A stretch of DNA of 64,000 bases, taken from a bacterium (GTDB taxonomy: Bacteria; Bacillota; Clostridia; Oscillospirales; Acutalibacteraceae). Both the position numbers and the translations under genes were made by a program. How positions within the stretch are numbered: the stretch's first letter is position 1; each line of letters starts with the position of its first letter. The notes below the pieces were generated by a model. It saw only the letters and a program-made list of their open reading frames with translations. It ran no database searches and was not told the origin of the DNA. Below are positions 54,201 through 62,749 of this stretch, piece after piece. Where the stretch lies: positions 9,524 to 73,523 of the forward strand of contig SFWF01000001.1 of the NCBI GenBank assembly GCA_004560045.1. Direction: 5' to 3'.

Positions 54201-56807
54201 GACGCCGGTGGGAGTGGGGGTTATGGACCAGTTGGGAGCCCAGGCGGATGCACCGGAATGGTTATAGTAGTGGAGATATTTATCTCCCTCTTCATCGGGG
54301 TCGTCCACCGTTTTAAAGTAGAGAACGTTCTGATAAGGCTTGTAGGAGTCGGCAGAGGGTAAGAAGGTGTTTACCTCGGCGACGACCTTATACTCGTCAA
54401 ATTCGATGGTACGGGACCAGGAATCATAGTTTCCGTCGGCAGGATGACAGAATTTCCAGACGGCATAGAGGGTAACGCCGTCCATTTCCTCGGTGACTTC
54501 GGTAACGAAGTTGGTGCCTTCCTTATCAGTGGCCCAGCCTACGAACTTATCGTTATTAAATACGGGGGTCTCGACGGTTATGTCCTTGCCGATAAGCTGC
54601 TCGGATGTAAGTGTCTTAGAACCGTCCCCGAAAAGGCCTCCGTTTGCATCAAAGGTTACCGAAACGGGGTTGGGAGTCCAGAGGGCGTAGAGGGTGGTGT
54701 TTGCAAGGTCGGCAGTAGCGGTAACTATGGGAGCAGTAGCGTCGGCCGATTTGCCCCAGCCCATAAAGATATAGCCTTCTCTTGCAGGGTTCAGTTCGGT
54801 GAGCTTGATGCCCTCAAACTGAGTGACCGTCTTGGTCTGGCCGCCGCCTGCAAGGGTGCCGCCGTTTGCGTTAAAGGTAACGTTTGCAACAGCAGGCTTC
54901 CAGATAGCGTAAAGGGTCTTTCCCTTAAGGTCGGAGGTAACGGTGGTTAAAACATCGCCGTCGGTGTGGGTAGACCAGCCTGCAAAGGTGACGGTCTCGT
55001 CAGCGTTTGTGGGAACGGTTGCAGAGGGTGCAGAGCCGATACTCAGACTTGCAGAAAAGGTTGTTCCCTCTCCGAAGGTACCGCCGTTGGCGTCTAAGGT
55101 AACGTCGGCGGTATCGGTGGTTGCGGTTTTTGTGATGGTGATAGAGTCGATATAGAAAACAGAAGCCGGACTTCCGCAGGTGATGGAGAAATACTGACCG
55201 ACGGATTCAGACTTGATTTCTACGCCTTCGGTGGTGTAGGGGTCGGGATAGGTAGTGCCGGTTACCTTAAACTTGTTTCTCTGCCACAGGTCAGCTTTGA
55301 AGTGATTGGTTGTGCCAACCTCTTCAAAGTTTTTGGTGGATAAGTTCATGACATCATCAAAATACTGCTGGAGCGTGCCGTTTACCTGTGAAAAACCGGT
55401 GAAGGAGCGGTCTTTATCACTCCAGAAACAGGAGGAAGCGCGGTACATAGGATAGCCGCTTACCATTGCTCCGCTATCTTTGGTAGCATCGGTACCGTCG
55501 ATGAAATACCAAGAGTTTGTTCCGTTATAGGAACTATCGAGAAGGGCATAAGCGGCCTGATCGGAATGGAAGGCGCCGCCGCCGAGGAATATCTGCGAGT
55601 GGGCGCCGGCTTTTTCTATATAGCCTGTAACCTGAACCTTATATGTGGAGTTAGGGTCGATAACGTAGGGTTTTCCGTTTTTATCGGTTGGGACATACTG
55701 AACATATCCGCTTCCTGAAGTATGCGATGCGAAGCGTAGAGCGGAAATTTTTCTTGTGCTTCCGTCCTTCATGGTAACGTCGATATTCTGCTGTGTCATA
55801 GTCGCGCCCGAATTCTGAGCGTGGAAGGGATAGAAGGTGTTGCCGTCGCCGTCGGTAAATTCGGTGACCTCGGGAGTGGCAGCCTTGACCTCGCCCTCGC
55901 TGAAGTTGAAGGTGTAGGACTCGCCTACCTCGAAGGTGCGGCTGCGGTTAGCGGTGATCTCGATGCTGTCTATGTAATATGTAGCGTTGCCGTTATAGCC
56001 GTTAACGTTAACGTTACCTGCCGAGAAGAAGATTCCGAAATATTTTCCGAAATCGTAGTATTCTTCGTTGCTAACGAAGGAAGTGGTTCCGCCTTCGGTA
56101 ACGGCTTTATAGGTCGACTGCTCAAACATTCCGCCGGTGGTAGAGAAATCGAGGGTGCGGAAGGTTCTTGTGTCGCTGGCAAACTTAACCTCGGGATAAT
56201 ATCTCGGGTCGCTTGCCCAACCGTAACTTATACAGCGATAGAAGGGATTCCAGCCTGTTGTGTCAACATATTTATCGTTAGTTCCGTCATACAGATAGAA
56301 AGTCTTATCCATAGCGGTGGTATTGCAGGCCTGCTCGTTAGAGGCAAGGGTACCGCCGCCCATAAAGAACTGACCGTGAGCGGTAGCGGCCATGGTGTAA
56401 ACGTTGAATTTTACGGTATAAAAAGTATTGGGTTCGATGATAAAGGGCTGACCGTTTTCGTCGGTGGGGATGAAGAGGGTCTTACCGCCTGCGGAGACCT
56501 CGGCGGTGGTTATAGTCTTGCCGTCTACCTCGAAGTTCTTCTGCTTAACGTAGGTTTCGGTAGAAGTCGAGTGCACGGGATAGAAGACGTTGCCCTCCTT
56601 GTCGACAGCATAGTCGGAGTTTACGGCATAGTTTCTTACCTTATCGAAATTGAAAACGAAGGTATCGGAAAGATAACCCGAATCGATCTTGGTATAGTCG
56701 GTAGTATCGGCGGTGCCGTTGGAGGCTATGGCTCCGTTTACAAGGAAGGTAGAGATTACGATAGCTACGCTTAAAACGATGGCAATAAGCTTTTTAGATT
56801 TTTTCAT
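51270..56807 (-). CDS. 1845-aa secreted modular protein: duplicated CBM-like modules, three InlB B-repeat (Listeria-Bacteroides repeat) domains, further beta-sandwich modules, and a C-terminal calcineurin-like metallophosphoesterase
   Basis: Signal peptide MKKSKKLIAIVLSVAIVISTFLV. The three B-repeats VT(L/F)(D/N)ANGG...(F/M/V)(A/V)GW...TLYA(I/L/V)W span aa 569-784 (nt 54456-55103). Module ends are marked by YIDSIEIT, FYIDSITIT, DYIKIEKV and VFIDTVIV. The metallophosphoesterase motifs TDIH, GGD, GNHD, VSH and GHQH span aa 1461-1760 (nt 51528-52427). Confidence 0.8.
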   Translation of the reverse strand: MKKSKKLIAIVLSVAIVISTFLVNGAIASNGTADTTDYTKIDSGYLSDTFVFNFDKVRNYAVNSDYAVDKEGNVFYPVHSTSTETYVKQKNFEVDGKTITTAEVSAGGKTLFIPTDENGQPFIIEPNTFYTVKFNVYTMAATAHGQFFMGGGTLASNEQACNTTAMDKTFYLYDGTNDKYVDTTGWNPFYRCISYGWASDPRYYPEVKFASDTRTFRTLDFSTTGGMFEQSTYKAVTEGGTTSFVSNEEYYDFGKYFGIFFSAGNVNVNGYNGNATYYIDSIEITANRSRTFEVGESYTFNFSEGEVKAATPEVTEFTDGDGNTFYPFHAQNSGATMTQQNIDVTMKDGSTRKISALRFASHTSGSGYVQYVPTDKNGKPYVIDPNSTYKVQVTGYIEKAGAHSQIFLGGGAFHSDQAAYALLDSSYNGTNSWYFIDGTDATKDSGAMVSGYPMYRASSCFWSDKDRSFTGFSQVNGTLQQYFDDVMNLSTKNFEEVGTTNHFKADLWQRNKFKVTGTTYPDPYTTEGVEIKSESVGQYFSITCGSPASVFYIDSITITKTATTDTADVTLDANGGTFGEGTTFSASLSIGSAPSATVPTNADETVTFAGWSTHTDGDVLTTVTSDLKGKTLYAIWKPAVANVTFNANGGTLAGGGQTKTVTQFEGIKLTELNPAREGYIFMGWGKSADATAPIVTATADLANTTLYALWTPNPVSVTFDANGGLFGDGSKTLTSEQLIGKDITVETPVFNNDKFVGWATDKEGTNFVTEVTEEMDGVTLYAVWKFCHPADGNYDSWSRTIEFDEYKVVAEVNTFLPSADSYKPYQNVLYFKTVDDPDEEGDKYLHYYNHSGASAWAPNWSITPTPTGVTNTNSDAESGQVLPTGTTFKMTYRVRINSTGGGSPSIAMFYGTNNGRQCYADNDNKTATVTLKSGLTASENWQTITVYFITPDEYPVMSNSGRVANRFYTGLLCAGYKMDYDLDYIKIEKVTNVNLYVKDGSSYVLKDTFEGLPGSAINLPAYYSEETYSLYDPTATASKMMYGNWYSDEACTSAPVMKFGNFDQNLYCDKVTDVPSVTAKNQDIFVGFDTYAQRTQGLKNAVISDEAYNTGSFSLKANLSASAPAFFELKNDHTLDVIEGKTYRVDFFYKSDANFSFGIGLADGLIENGVKVASSASLPASDEWKLASVIITPYGVSDNTVLAAKLSAATNATVFIDTVIVSSATESVGVEAETTDDGEALRFMLSYDGNDNVINMAGRDYTVAEHGVLVKGAEVDTALTLENADKAGIFAFSQTDLTKNWSVNPITGTTVYSAYLEGFEKNDDYKVSVRGYVKLTDGTEYYTDVLTASVTDIPAAKDIIPDNADLSAYYVYLPEGTILPDDADYTVTTYNDLFVANGAVENGVVTESSYVLFSARPDFSKISVPSELKYLVHAGTKDELYYGIEAQIVSEKISEVGSDAVNYLFITDIHFGGIDNASLLKQAALMAKMANENDDIDFVVIGGDTTTGMYGSKEEAVNWTQAALDPFLACTKPVFVLMGNHDDNSYHLLAGSNTNRELYEERVITDLDWQNNIIDRYTNRNGITVVQDDPAKRANSKYYYYDLEDKKTRVIALDALDYEAKYDENGYVLGDINGDGLLDGMPVKDANGTTDSAKYYHGCNYWGYSADQVRWLAEDALGQLPADYDVIFVSHMGIDRATNCYNSKVWFGEEIRELIKTFGAGGTYTASLTDNWGNAVSVNASFAGKNGDIITWQFGHQHLELSLYESDVDLWQICTPSASVDQSGDQTYEALATSSVNRKDLPWRVYVRKRGTKTEACFNAISVSSERVYRFSVGQGNNEKLIYPN

Positions 56808-56825
56808 AGTATTTCTCTCCTTTCT

Positions 56826-57158
56826 TTAGTTTGCTCCGCCGATGAGTATCAGGCGGAGGGCGGCCGAGTCGGCAGAATCGAAGGTGCCGCTAAGGTCGAA
56901 GTCGACCGAACCGTTTTTAAGGGCAACAAGGTCGCATATATCCATTTCCTTGTCGCCATTCAGGTCGTAGAAGACTTCGCCCGAACCGTTTGCGGCCTCG
57001 TATTTTATAAGGCCCTCGGTCGATTCGGTTCCGAAAAACTTTTCGCCGTTTTTCGTTGCGATTTTGACGGTGCCGTCGTCGACGCCTGCGGCAAAGGCGG
57101 TAAGGCCTACCGAGCAGGCAAGGAGCAGACAAAGCACCGGCGCTATGATCTTTTTCAT
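56826..57158 (-). CDS. 110-aa secreted dockerin-only protein
   Basis: Track ORF trimmed to ATG 57158 (MKKIIAPVLCLLLACSVGLTAFA signal peptide). It has two dockerin Ca-binding segments, DLNGDKEMDICDLVAL and DLSGTFDSADSAALRLIL. Confidence 0.7.
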   Translation of the reverse strand: MKKIIAPVLCLLLACSVGLTAFAAGVDDGTVKIATKNGEKFFGTESTEGLIKYEAANGSGEVFYDLNGDKEMDICDLVALKNGSVDFDLSGTFDSADSAALRLILIGGAN

Positions 57159-57313
57159 AATTAGCTTCCGTCCTTTCAGATTTTGGGGTCGACTTTTTTC
57201 AAAATAGTTAAACAAAAAACAATATATATCTTGAAAATCAGCCACTTCCCGAGTATAATAAATTATACCTTTTGTAACATTATTGCATAAATTATTCAAA
57301 ATTTCAATTTAAT

Positions 57314-57333
57314 TTTATTTAACTTTATTTAAC
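57314..57333 (+). promoter_or_regulatory. Perfect tandem 10-bp direct repeat TTTATTTAAC x2 in the divergent control region
   Basis: Read directly from the sequence. It lies 27 nt upstream of the araC-family ATG. A regulatory role is inferred only. Confidence 0.3.
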
Positions 57334-57359
57334 AATTTTAATCTTTTTAAGGATTGCTT

Positions 57360-58208
57360 ATGAAAAAGAGCTTAGTCGGATACGATTACAAAAATCTCAT
57401 GGGATATAAAATAACCTGCCTCGTTTCTGCCGATGAGGCCGATCTACCCTTTCATTTCGTCACCTTCGGACGAAGCTACAGGGAAATAAAGGTCAACTGG
57501 GAAAGCACCAATAAATGCTTTCTAATATATTCGGAAAAGGGCCTCGGAAGAGCATTTATTAAGGGGAAATGGGTAAAACTGCCTGAGGGCAGCGCCGCCT
57601 ACTGGCCGTCAGATCACAGGGTCAGATACGAGCCTATAGGAGACGAGCCCTGGCAGCTCTCCTTTTTCACCTTTACGGGACGAAATGCCGAAAGCACCTT
57701 GGAGCTTGACGAATGTACGGTAGAAAGCGCTGAGCTGAGCTTTATACCCGAATTTATGGATAAGCTCACCGATAAGCACGACAAGGACGATTTTCAGGAG
57801 TTTTCGGTAAGCGGACTTTGCTATTTGCTTTTAAAGCTCCGAAAGCTCACCCGCGGAACGTCCGGCATCGATAAAGGAGTAACCGTAACCAATCGCATAC
57901 AGCAATCGGTCAAGCACCTTAACGAACATATTACCGAGACGCTTTCGGTGGCATCCCTTGCGGAGGAATGCGGCATAAGCGAGGAATATTACTGCAAAAT
58001 ATTCAAGCAGTTTACCGGGGCGACCCCTACGAAGTATGTAAACGCCCTGAGAATATCCCGAGCCTGCGATCTTCTTCAGAAAAATCCCGACAGCAAGATA
58101 GAGGAAATAAGCCGCGAGTGCGGATTTAATCACATTACCTATTTTAATAAGATATTCAAGCGTGAGATGGGAATCAGTCCTACCGAATTCAAGGAAAGAA
58201 GCAAGTAA
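57360..58208 (+). CDS. AraC-family transcriptional regulator
   Basis: Cupin-like N-domain and C-terminal dual HTH (LAEECGISEEYYCKIFKQFTGATPTKY...GFNHITYFNKIFKREMGISPTEF). Confidence 0.85.
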   Translation: MKKSLVGYDYKNLMGYKITCLVSADEADLPFHFVTFGRSYREIKVNWESTNKCFLIYSEKGLGRAFIKGKWVKLPEGSAAYWPSDHRVRYEPIGDEPWQLSFFTFTGRNAESTLELDECTVESAELSFIPEFMDKLTDKHDKDDFQEFSVSGLCYLLLKLRKLTRGTSGIDKGVTVTNRIQQSVKHLNEHITETLSVASLAEECGISEEYYCKIFKQFTGATPTKYVNALRISRACDLLQKNPDSKIEEISRECGFNHITYFNKIFKREMGISPTEFKERSK

Positions 58209-58220
58209 TAATCCGAAAAA

Positions 58221-58250
58221 AGGATACGCATCCGTACGGGTGCGTATCCT
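58221..58250. terminator. Bidirectional terminator shared by araC and mazF
   Basis: AGGATACGCA-(10-nt loop)-TGCGTATCCT, flanked by an A-run and a T-run. Confidence 0.7.
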
Positions 58251-58253
58251 TTT

Positions 58254-58595
58254 TTATAGTCCGAAGCTGACCGTAAGGGCTTTGTTTACCATATCCATTG
58301 AGGTCATATCGAGGGTTCCCATTTTTTCTTTGAGCCTCTGCTTATCGATGGTCCTTACCTGCTCTAAAAGCACAATGGAGTCCTTGGCAAGGCCGCAGCC
58401 CGTTGCATTTACCTGAATATGAGTAGGAAGCTTGGTCTTATCCTTCTGACTCGTTATGGCCGCCGCGATCACGGTGGGGCTGTATTTATTGCCGATGTCG
58501 TTCTGAATAATAAGTACCGGACGTATTCCGCCCTGCTCACTGCCTACTACGGGGCTCAGGTCTGCATAGTAAATATCTCCGCGTTTTACTGTCAT
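58254..58595 (-). CDS. mazF: EndoA/MazF (PemK-family) endoribonuclease toxin
   Basis: [48 protein letters not shown]...[13 protein letters not shown] is near-colinear with B. subtilis EndoA (NdoA) as I recall it. Confidence 0.9.
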   Translation of the reverse strand: MTVKRGDIYYADLSPVVGSEQGGIRPVLIIQNDIGNKYSPTVIAAAITSQKDKTKLPTHIQVNATGCGLAKDSIVLLEQVRTIDKQRLKEKMGTLDMTSMDMVNKALTVSFGL

Positions 58596-58703
58596 TTCTT
58601 TTCACACCTTGGAAAATTTTCTGTTAGTATTTTACCCTTCCGGTGTGTTTTTAATCATTATTTTAATATATTCTATGCGGACGAGGCCTTCTTTGTGCGG
58701 GTA

Positions 58704-59423
58704 TCAGAGGGATATTGCCGTTTCGAGGGCAATTTTTATCATATCGGTAAGACTTCTCTCGCGGGCTTTCGCGTCAAGAGAGTCTCCTTTATATATATGG
58801 TCGGATACGGTACAGACAGCGAGGGCTTTTTTACCCGCTCTTGCGGCGTTGGCATACAGGGCGGCGGCCTCCATTTCTACGGCCAAAACTCCCATTTTGC
58901 GCCAAGGATCGTGGTGACCCGAGCGGTCGGAATAGAAGAGGTCGGAGGAAAGAAGATTTCCTACAAGACAGCGTATTCCCGCCTCGCCGCATTTCTCGGC
59001 GGCAATTTTTAAAAGGCCGTAATCGGCAATAGGCGCAAAGGAGCCACCCGTTTCAAACTGTGACATAAAATTACTGTCGGTGCAGGCGGCCTGACCGAGG
59101 ACGATATCTCTTACCTCTACGCCGTCCTGCAAGGCTCCCGCAGAGCCTATTCTTATAATATTTTCTACTCCGAAAAAGTTAAAAAGCTCGTAGCTGTAGA
59201 TGCCTATCGAGGGCATTCCCATTCCCGAGGCCATTACGCTGACGGGTCTACCCTTATAAAGGCCGGTATAGCCCTGAACTCCGCGGACGTCGTTTACGAG
59301 CACGGCATTTTCAAGGAAATTTTCGGCTACGAATTTCGCTCTTTTGGGGTCGCCCGGCATAAGGACGGTTTTTGCGAAGTCCTCGGGTCTTGCGTTTATA
59401 TGAGGGGTTGGATAATCTGACAT
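58704..59423 (-). CDS. deoD: Purine-nucleoside phosphorylase, DeoD type
   Basis: TPHINA...VLMPGDPKRAKFVAENFLE...SVMASGMGMPSIGIYSYEL. Confidence 0.9.
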   Translation of the reverse strand: MSDYPTPHINARPEDFAKTVLMPGDPKRAKFVAENFLENAVLVNDVRGVQGYTGLYKGRPVSVMASGMGMPSIGIYSYELFNFFGVENIIRIGSAGALQDGVEVRDIVLGQAACTDSNFMSQFETGGSFAPIADYGLLKIAAEKCGEAGIRCLVGNLLSSDLFYSDRSGHHDPWRKMGVLAVEMEAAALYANAARAGKKALAVCTVSDHIYKGDSLDAKARERSLTDMIKIALETAISL

Positions 59424-59507
59424 GGTATACTCCTCCTTTTCTTTTTTATTATTTTACTATAAAACCGCGAAAATTTCAAGAAATCCCGTTTTTTAGGCTT
59501 ATTTTTA

Positions 59508-59536
59508 TTGCAGAAAAATCATAAAGGTTATATAAT
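59508..59536 (+). promoter_or_regulatory. Sigma-A promoter for the GH2 gene
   Basis: TTGCAG, 17-nt spacer, TATAAT. Confidence 0.45.
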
Positions 59537-59557
59537 GCTCTTAAAGGAGTTGACCTT

Positions 59558-61879
59558 ATGCGCAAAGAAATAAATTTGAACAAAAACTGGTTTTTTCATA
59601 AAGGAGATATCAAGGTAGACCGTCCCGCCGATAAGGGTCCCGTTTACGCTCAGTCCAAGACCGAACGTAAAAAAATCGGTCCTGCCGCCTATCACTATCA
59701 CGACAAGCCTGACGACTACGGCAACGAATGTGAGAAAAGCAGTACCTGCTGGTATAGAGTAGACCTCCCTCACGATTATATAGTCGAGCAGGATAACGAC
59801 CAAACCCAGAATAACAGTCACGGCTATTTTAAATATGAAAATGCCTGGTACAGAAAGCATTTCGAGATTGATCCCGAATTTTCGGGCAAGCGCATAACCC
59901 TCCGCTTCGACGGCATTGCGACCTGCGCTACGGTTTATCTTAACGGCTGTCTTATGGGGCGGAACTACTCGGCATATAACAGCTTCGAGATAGACATAAC
60001 GAGCGTCGCCTTTTTCGATAAGGAAAACGTCCTTTCGGTATACGTAAACACCGAGGAGTTTGAGGGCTGGTGGTATCAGGGAGGCGGAATCTATCGTGAC
60101 GTTACCCTGACGGTTACCGAAAATGTCGCAATAGACCTTTGGGGAGTTTATGCCCCTTACGAAAAGATTGGCGATAACACCTGGCAGGTAAATTTCGAAA
60201 CCACCGTTATAAACGCTTCCTTCGAGGACGTTTCGGTTACCGCAAAGACCGAAATTATCGATAAAAGCGGCAACACCGTCGCAGTAGCAGAAGGAGGGGG
60301 CGCCGTTTCTCTTCGCGATAAAGCGACCCTTAAATACTTTGCTACGGTAGAAGACCCCGAGCTTTGGGACTGCGATAACCCGAACCTTTACTCGGTCGAA
60401 ACAAGGCTTTATAAGGACGGCGAGGAGATCGATATAAACACCACCCGAATCGGTTTCAGAACGGTTGAGATCAGCGTAGAAAAGGGACTTCTTTTAAACG
60501 GAAAGCCTACCTTTATAAACGGAGTCTGCTCTCATCAGGATTTCGGCCTTACGGGTCTTGCCGTTCCCCGAAACATCGCCTTTTACAAGGTCGGCCTCAT
60601 GAAGGAAATGGGGGCAAACGGCTTTAGAACAAGCCATTATCAGCACTCTGCAGACTATATGGACGCCTTCGACGAAATGGGCTTTCTCGTTATGAACGAG
60701 GCAAGATGGTTTGAATCAACCCCCGAGGCTATGCTTCAGCTTGAATCCCTCCTCCGCCGCGACCGAAACCGTCCCTCGGTAATTATGTGGTCAACCAGCA
60801 ACGAGGAGCCTTCTCATATAACCGAGCAGGGCCGCCGTACCCATAAGGCGATTGCCGCACATATAAGAAAATTCGACAAGCAGAGATATATCTGCGCCGC
60901 CGTATGCCACGACCCCGAAAAATGCACCATCTACGACGACTGTGAGCTTGTGGGAATAAACTATAACCTCGAAATCTACGATACGGTTCATAAAATGAAG
61001 CCCGAAAAGCCGATATTCGCGTCTGAATGCTGTGCCACGGGAACGAGCCGCGATTGGAATTTTTCGTATAATACCTTCGGCCGTCTCCGCGATAAGGACC
61101 GAGACACCAATGCCTGGTTTAAGGGCAGAGAAAACACCTATAAATTCCTTCGCGAGCGCCCCTGGGTATTCGGCTGTTTTCAGTGGGATGCGGTAGAGCA
61201 CAGAGGAGAGGCCGAATGGCCCGCCGTTTGCTCCAAGTCGGGAGCAATGGATCTCTTCCTGCAGAAAAAGGGAGCTTTTTATCAGAATAAATCCCATTGG
61301 ACGGATGACCCGATGGTCCATATCGTACCTCATTGGAACTTTTTGGGACTTGAGGGTCAGGACGTTTTGGTCACCGTCTACACCAACTGCGACGAGCTTG
61401 AGGTTATCTTAAACGGCGAGATCGTAGACCGAAAGACGATCGAAAAATACGGTCACGGCGAGTGGAATATCCCCTACGTCCCCGGAACCCTCACCGTAAA
61501 GGGCTACAGAGACGGTGCAGAGGTTGCAACCCACAGCCGCACCACCACGGGCAGACCCGAAAAGCTTAAGCTTACCGCTCTGAACGAGGTAAAGGCCAAC
61601 GGCAAGGATATTGCTCTGTTCCTCTGTGAATGTATCGACGAGCTTGGCCGTCCCGTTCCCGATGCCGCCGAGCAGGTATACTTTTCGGCCGCCGAGCCCG
61701 CAAAAATAATCGGAACGGGCTCGGACAATACCGATCACCGCTCGGTTAAAAACGTCGACCGAAAGATGTATATGGGCAAGATCCTCGTCGGAGTAAAGCC
61801 GAGAGAGGGTCAGACCGAGCTTGAGCTCACCGCCCTTTCGGATAATTGCGGTGTCACCGCCTGCAAGATTAAACTGTAA
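59558..61879 (+). CDS. Glycoside hydrolase family 2 (beta-galactosidase/beta-glucuronidase-like)
   Basis: GH2 sugar-binding N-domain (LNKNWFFHKGD, YLNGCLMG), TIM barrel with NGFRTSHY and WSTSNEEP, and C-terminal beta-sandwiches. Confidence 0.85.
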   Translation: MRKEINLNKNWFFHKGDIKVDRPADKGPVYAQSKTERKKIGPAAYHYHDKPDDYGNECEKSSTCWYRVDLPHDYIVEQDNDQTQNNSHGYFKYENAWYRKHFEIDPEFSGKRITLRFDGIATCATVYLNGCLMGRNYSAYNSFEIDITSVAFFDKENVLSVYVNTEEFEGWWYQGGGIYRDVTLTVTENVAIDLWGVYAPYEKIGDNTWQVNFETTVINASFEDVSVTAKTEIIDKSGNTVAVAEGGGAVSLRDKATLKYFATVEDPELWDCDNPNLYSVETRLYKDGEEIDINTTRIGFRTVEISVEKGLLLNGKPTFINGVCSHQDFGLTGLAVPRNIAFYKVGLMKEMGANGFRTSHYQHSADYMDAFDEMGFLVMNEARWFESTPEAMLQLESLLRRDRNRPSVIMWSTSNEEPSHITEQGRRTHKAIAAHIRKFDKQRYICAAVCHDPEKCTIYDDCELVGINYNLEIYDTVHKMKPEKPIFASECCATGTSRDWNFSYNTFGRLRDKDRDTNAWFKGRENTYKFLRERPWVFGCFQWDAVEHRGEAEWPAVCSKSGAMDLFLQKKGAFYQNKSHWTDDPMVHIVPHWNFLGLEGQDVLVTVYTNCDELEVILNGEIVDRKTIEKYGHGEWNIPYVPGTLTVKGYRDGAEVATHSRTTTGRPEKLKLTALNEVKANGKDIALFLCECIDELGRPVPDAAEQVYFSAAEPAKIIGTGSDNTDHRSVKNVDRKMYMGKILVGVKPREGQTELELTALSDNCGVTACKIKL

Positions 61880-61885
61880 CAAAAA

Positions 61886-61912
61886 ACACGTAGTCTTATG
61901 AAGACTGCGTGT
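61886..61912 (+). terminator. Terminator after the GH2 gene
   Basis: ACACGTAGTCTT-ATG-AAGACTGCGTGT (12-bp arms with one G-U pair) followed by TATTGTTT. Confidence 0.55.
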
Positions 61913-61936
61913 TATTGTTTATGGCTTGACGGGTGG

Positions 61937-62749
61937 TTATATTATATTATCAAGATAGCTTACAATCGCGGCAATAGCGCTTTCGTTATTGGAGACGGTA
62001 ATGAGATCAGCGGCCGCTTTGGCCTCCTCTACTGCGTTTTCTACCGCAAAGCCGAGTCCTGCCGCCTTTATCATGGAAATATCGTTATTGTAGTCTCCGA
62101 CGGCGATCGTATTTTTAGGGTCGATACCAAGAAGCTCGGCCATTTTTATAAGAGCTAAGCCCTTACTTACCCCTTTCGGCAATATTTCATAATATACTTT
62201 TTCCGAACGGATAAAGTCGAAACATTCGGCTTTCGGATGACTGTCGAGAAGCCTTATAAGCTCATCCATTTTATCACCGTCGGCATGAGCAAAAACGATC
62301 CTCAAAACAGGCTCCTTATCCTCATCAAAGGGACCGGTAAGCAGAGGAATTCCTGTAATATTTCTGAAACGAGCCATAACGGGATTATCTTTAAAAAAAT
62401 AGGAGTCTTTTGCGGTGGTAAGCTGTATTCCGATTTCGGGTAGATTTCGGTCGACGAAATCGACAAGCTCCATGGCATCCTTCGGTAAAGGGATGGTATA
62501 AAGGTATTTTTCGTCGGTGAGGTCGTATACCGCGCCGCCGTTAAAGCAACCGAAGGGAGCGTTGGGCTTTACGGTATCGCAGATATGTACCGAGGTTTTC
62601 GGAACCCTTCCCGTAATGAAGGTGAATAAACCGCCCTCCGACTTAAAATATTCTATTGCGTCAAGATTTTCCTTCGACACCGTTTTATCGTCGGAATAAA
62701 GCGTTCCGTCAAGATCGGTGCAAAAGAGCATACCGCTGAATTTTCCCAA
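61937..62749 (-). CDS. Cof-type HAD-IIB hydrolase
   Basis: FCTDLDGTL motif I and GDYNNDISM motif. Confidence 0.8.
   Translation of the reverse strand: MGKFSGMLFCTDLDGTLYSDDKTVSKENLDAIEYFKSEGGLFTFITGRVPKTSVHICDTVKPNAPFGCFNGGAVYDLTDEKYLYTIPLPKDAMELVDFVDRNLPEIGIQLTTAKDSYFFKDNPVMARFRNITGIPLLTGPFDEDKEPVLRIVFAHADGDKMDELIRLLDSHPKAECFDFIRSEKVYYEILPKGVSKGLALIKMAELLGIDPKNTIAVGDYNNDISMIKAAGLGFAVENAVEEAKAAADLITVSNNESAIAAIVSYLDNII

Noticed and set aside
58596-58703. Hidden antitoxin ORF upstream of mazF
   Set aside because: The only minus-strand ORF in this gap is 8 codons (MIKNTPEG) without a convincing RBS. The plus-strand ORFs 58419..59012 and 58609..58917 are antisense to deoD and mazF and low-complexity. 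I kept this as the finding of a solitary toxin rather than calling an antitoxin.
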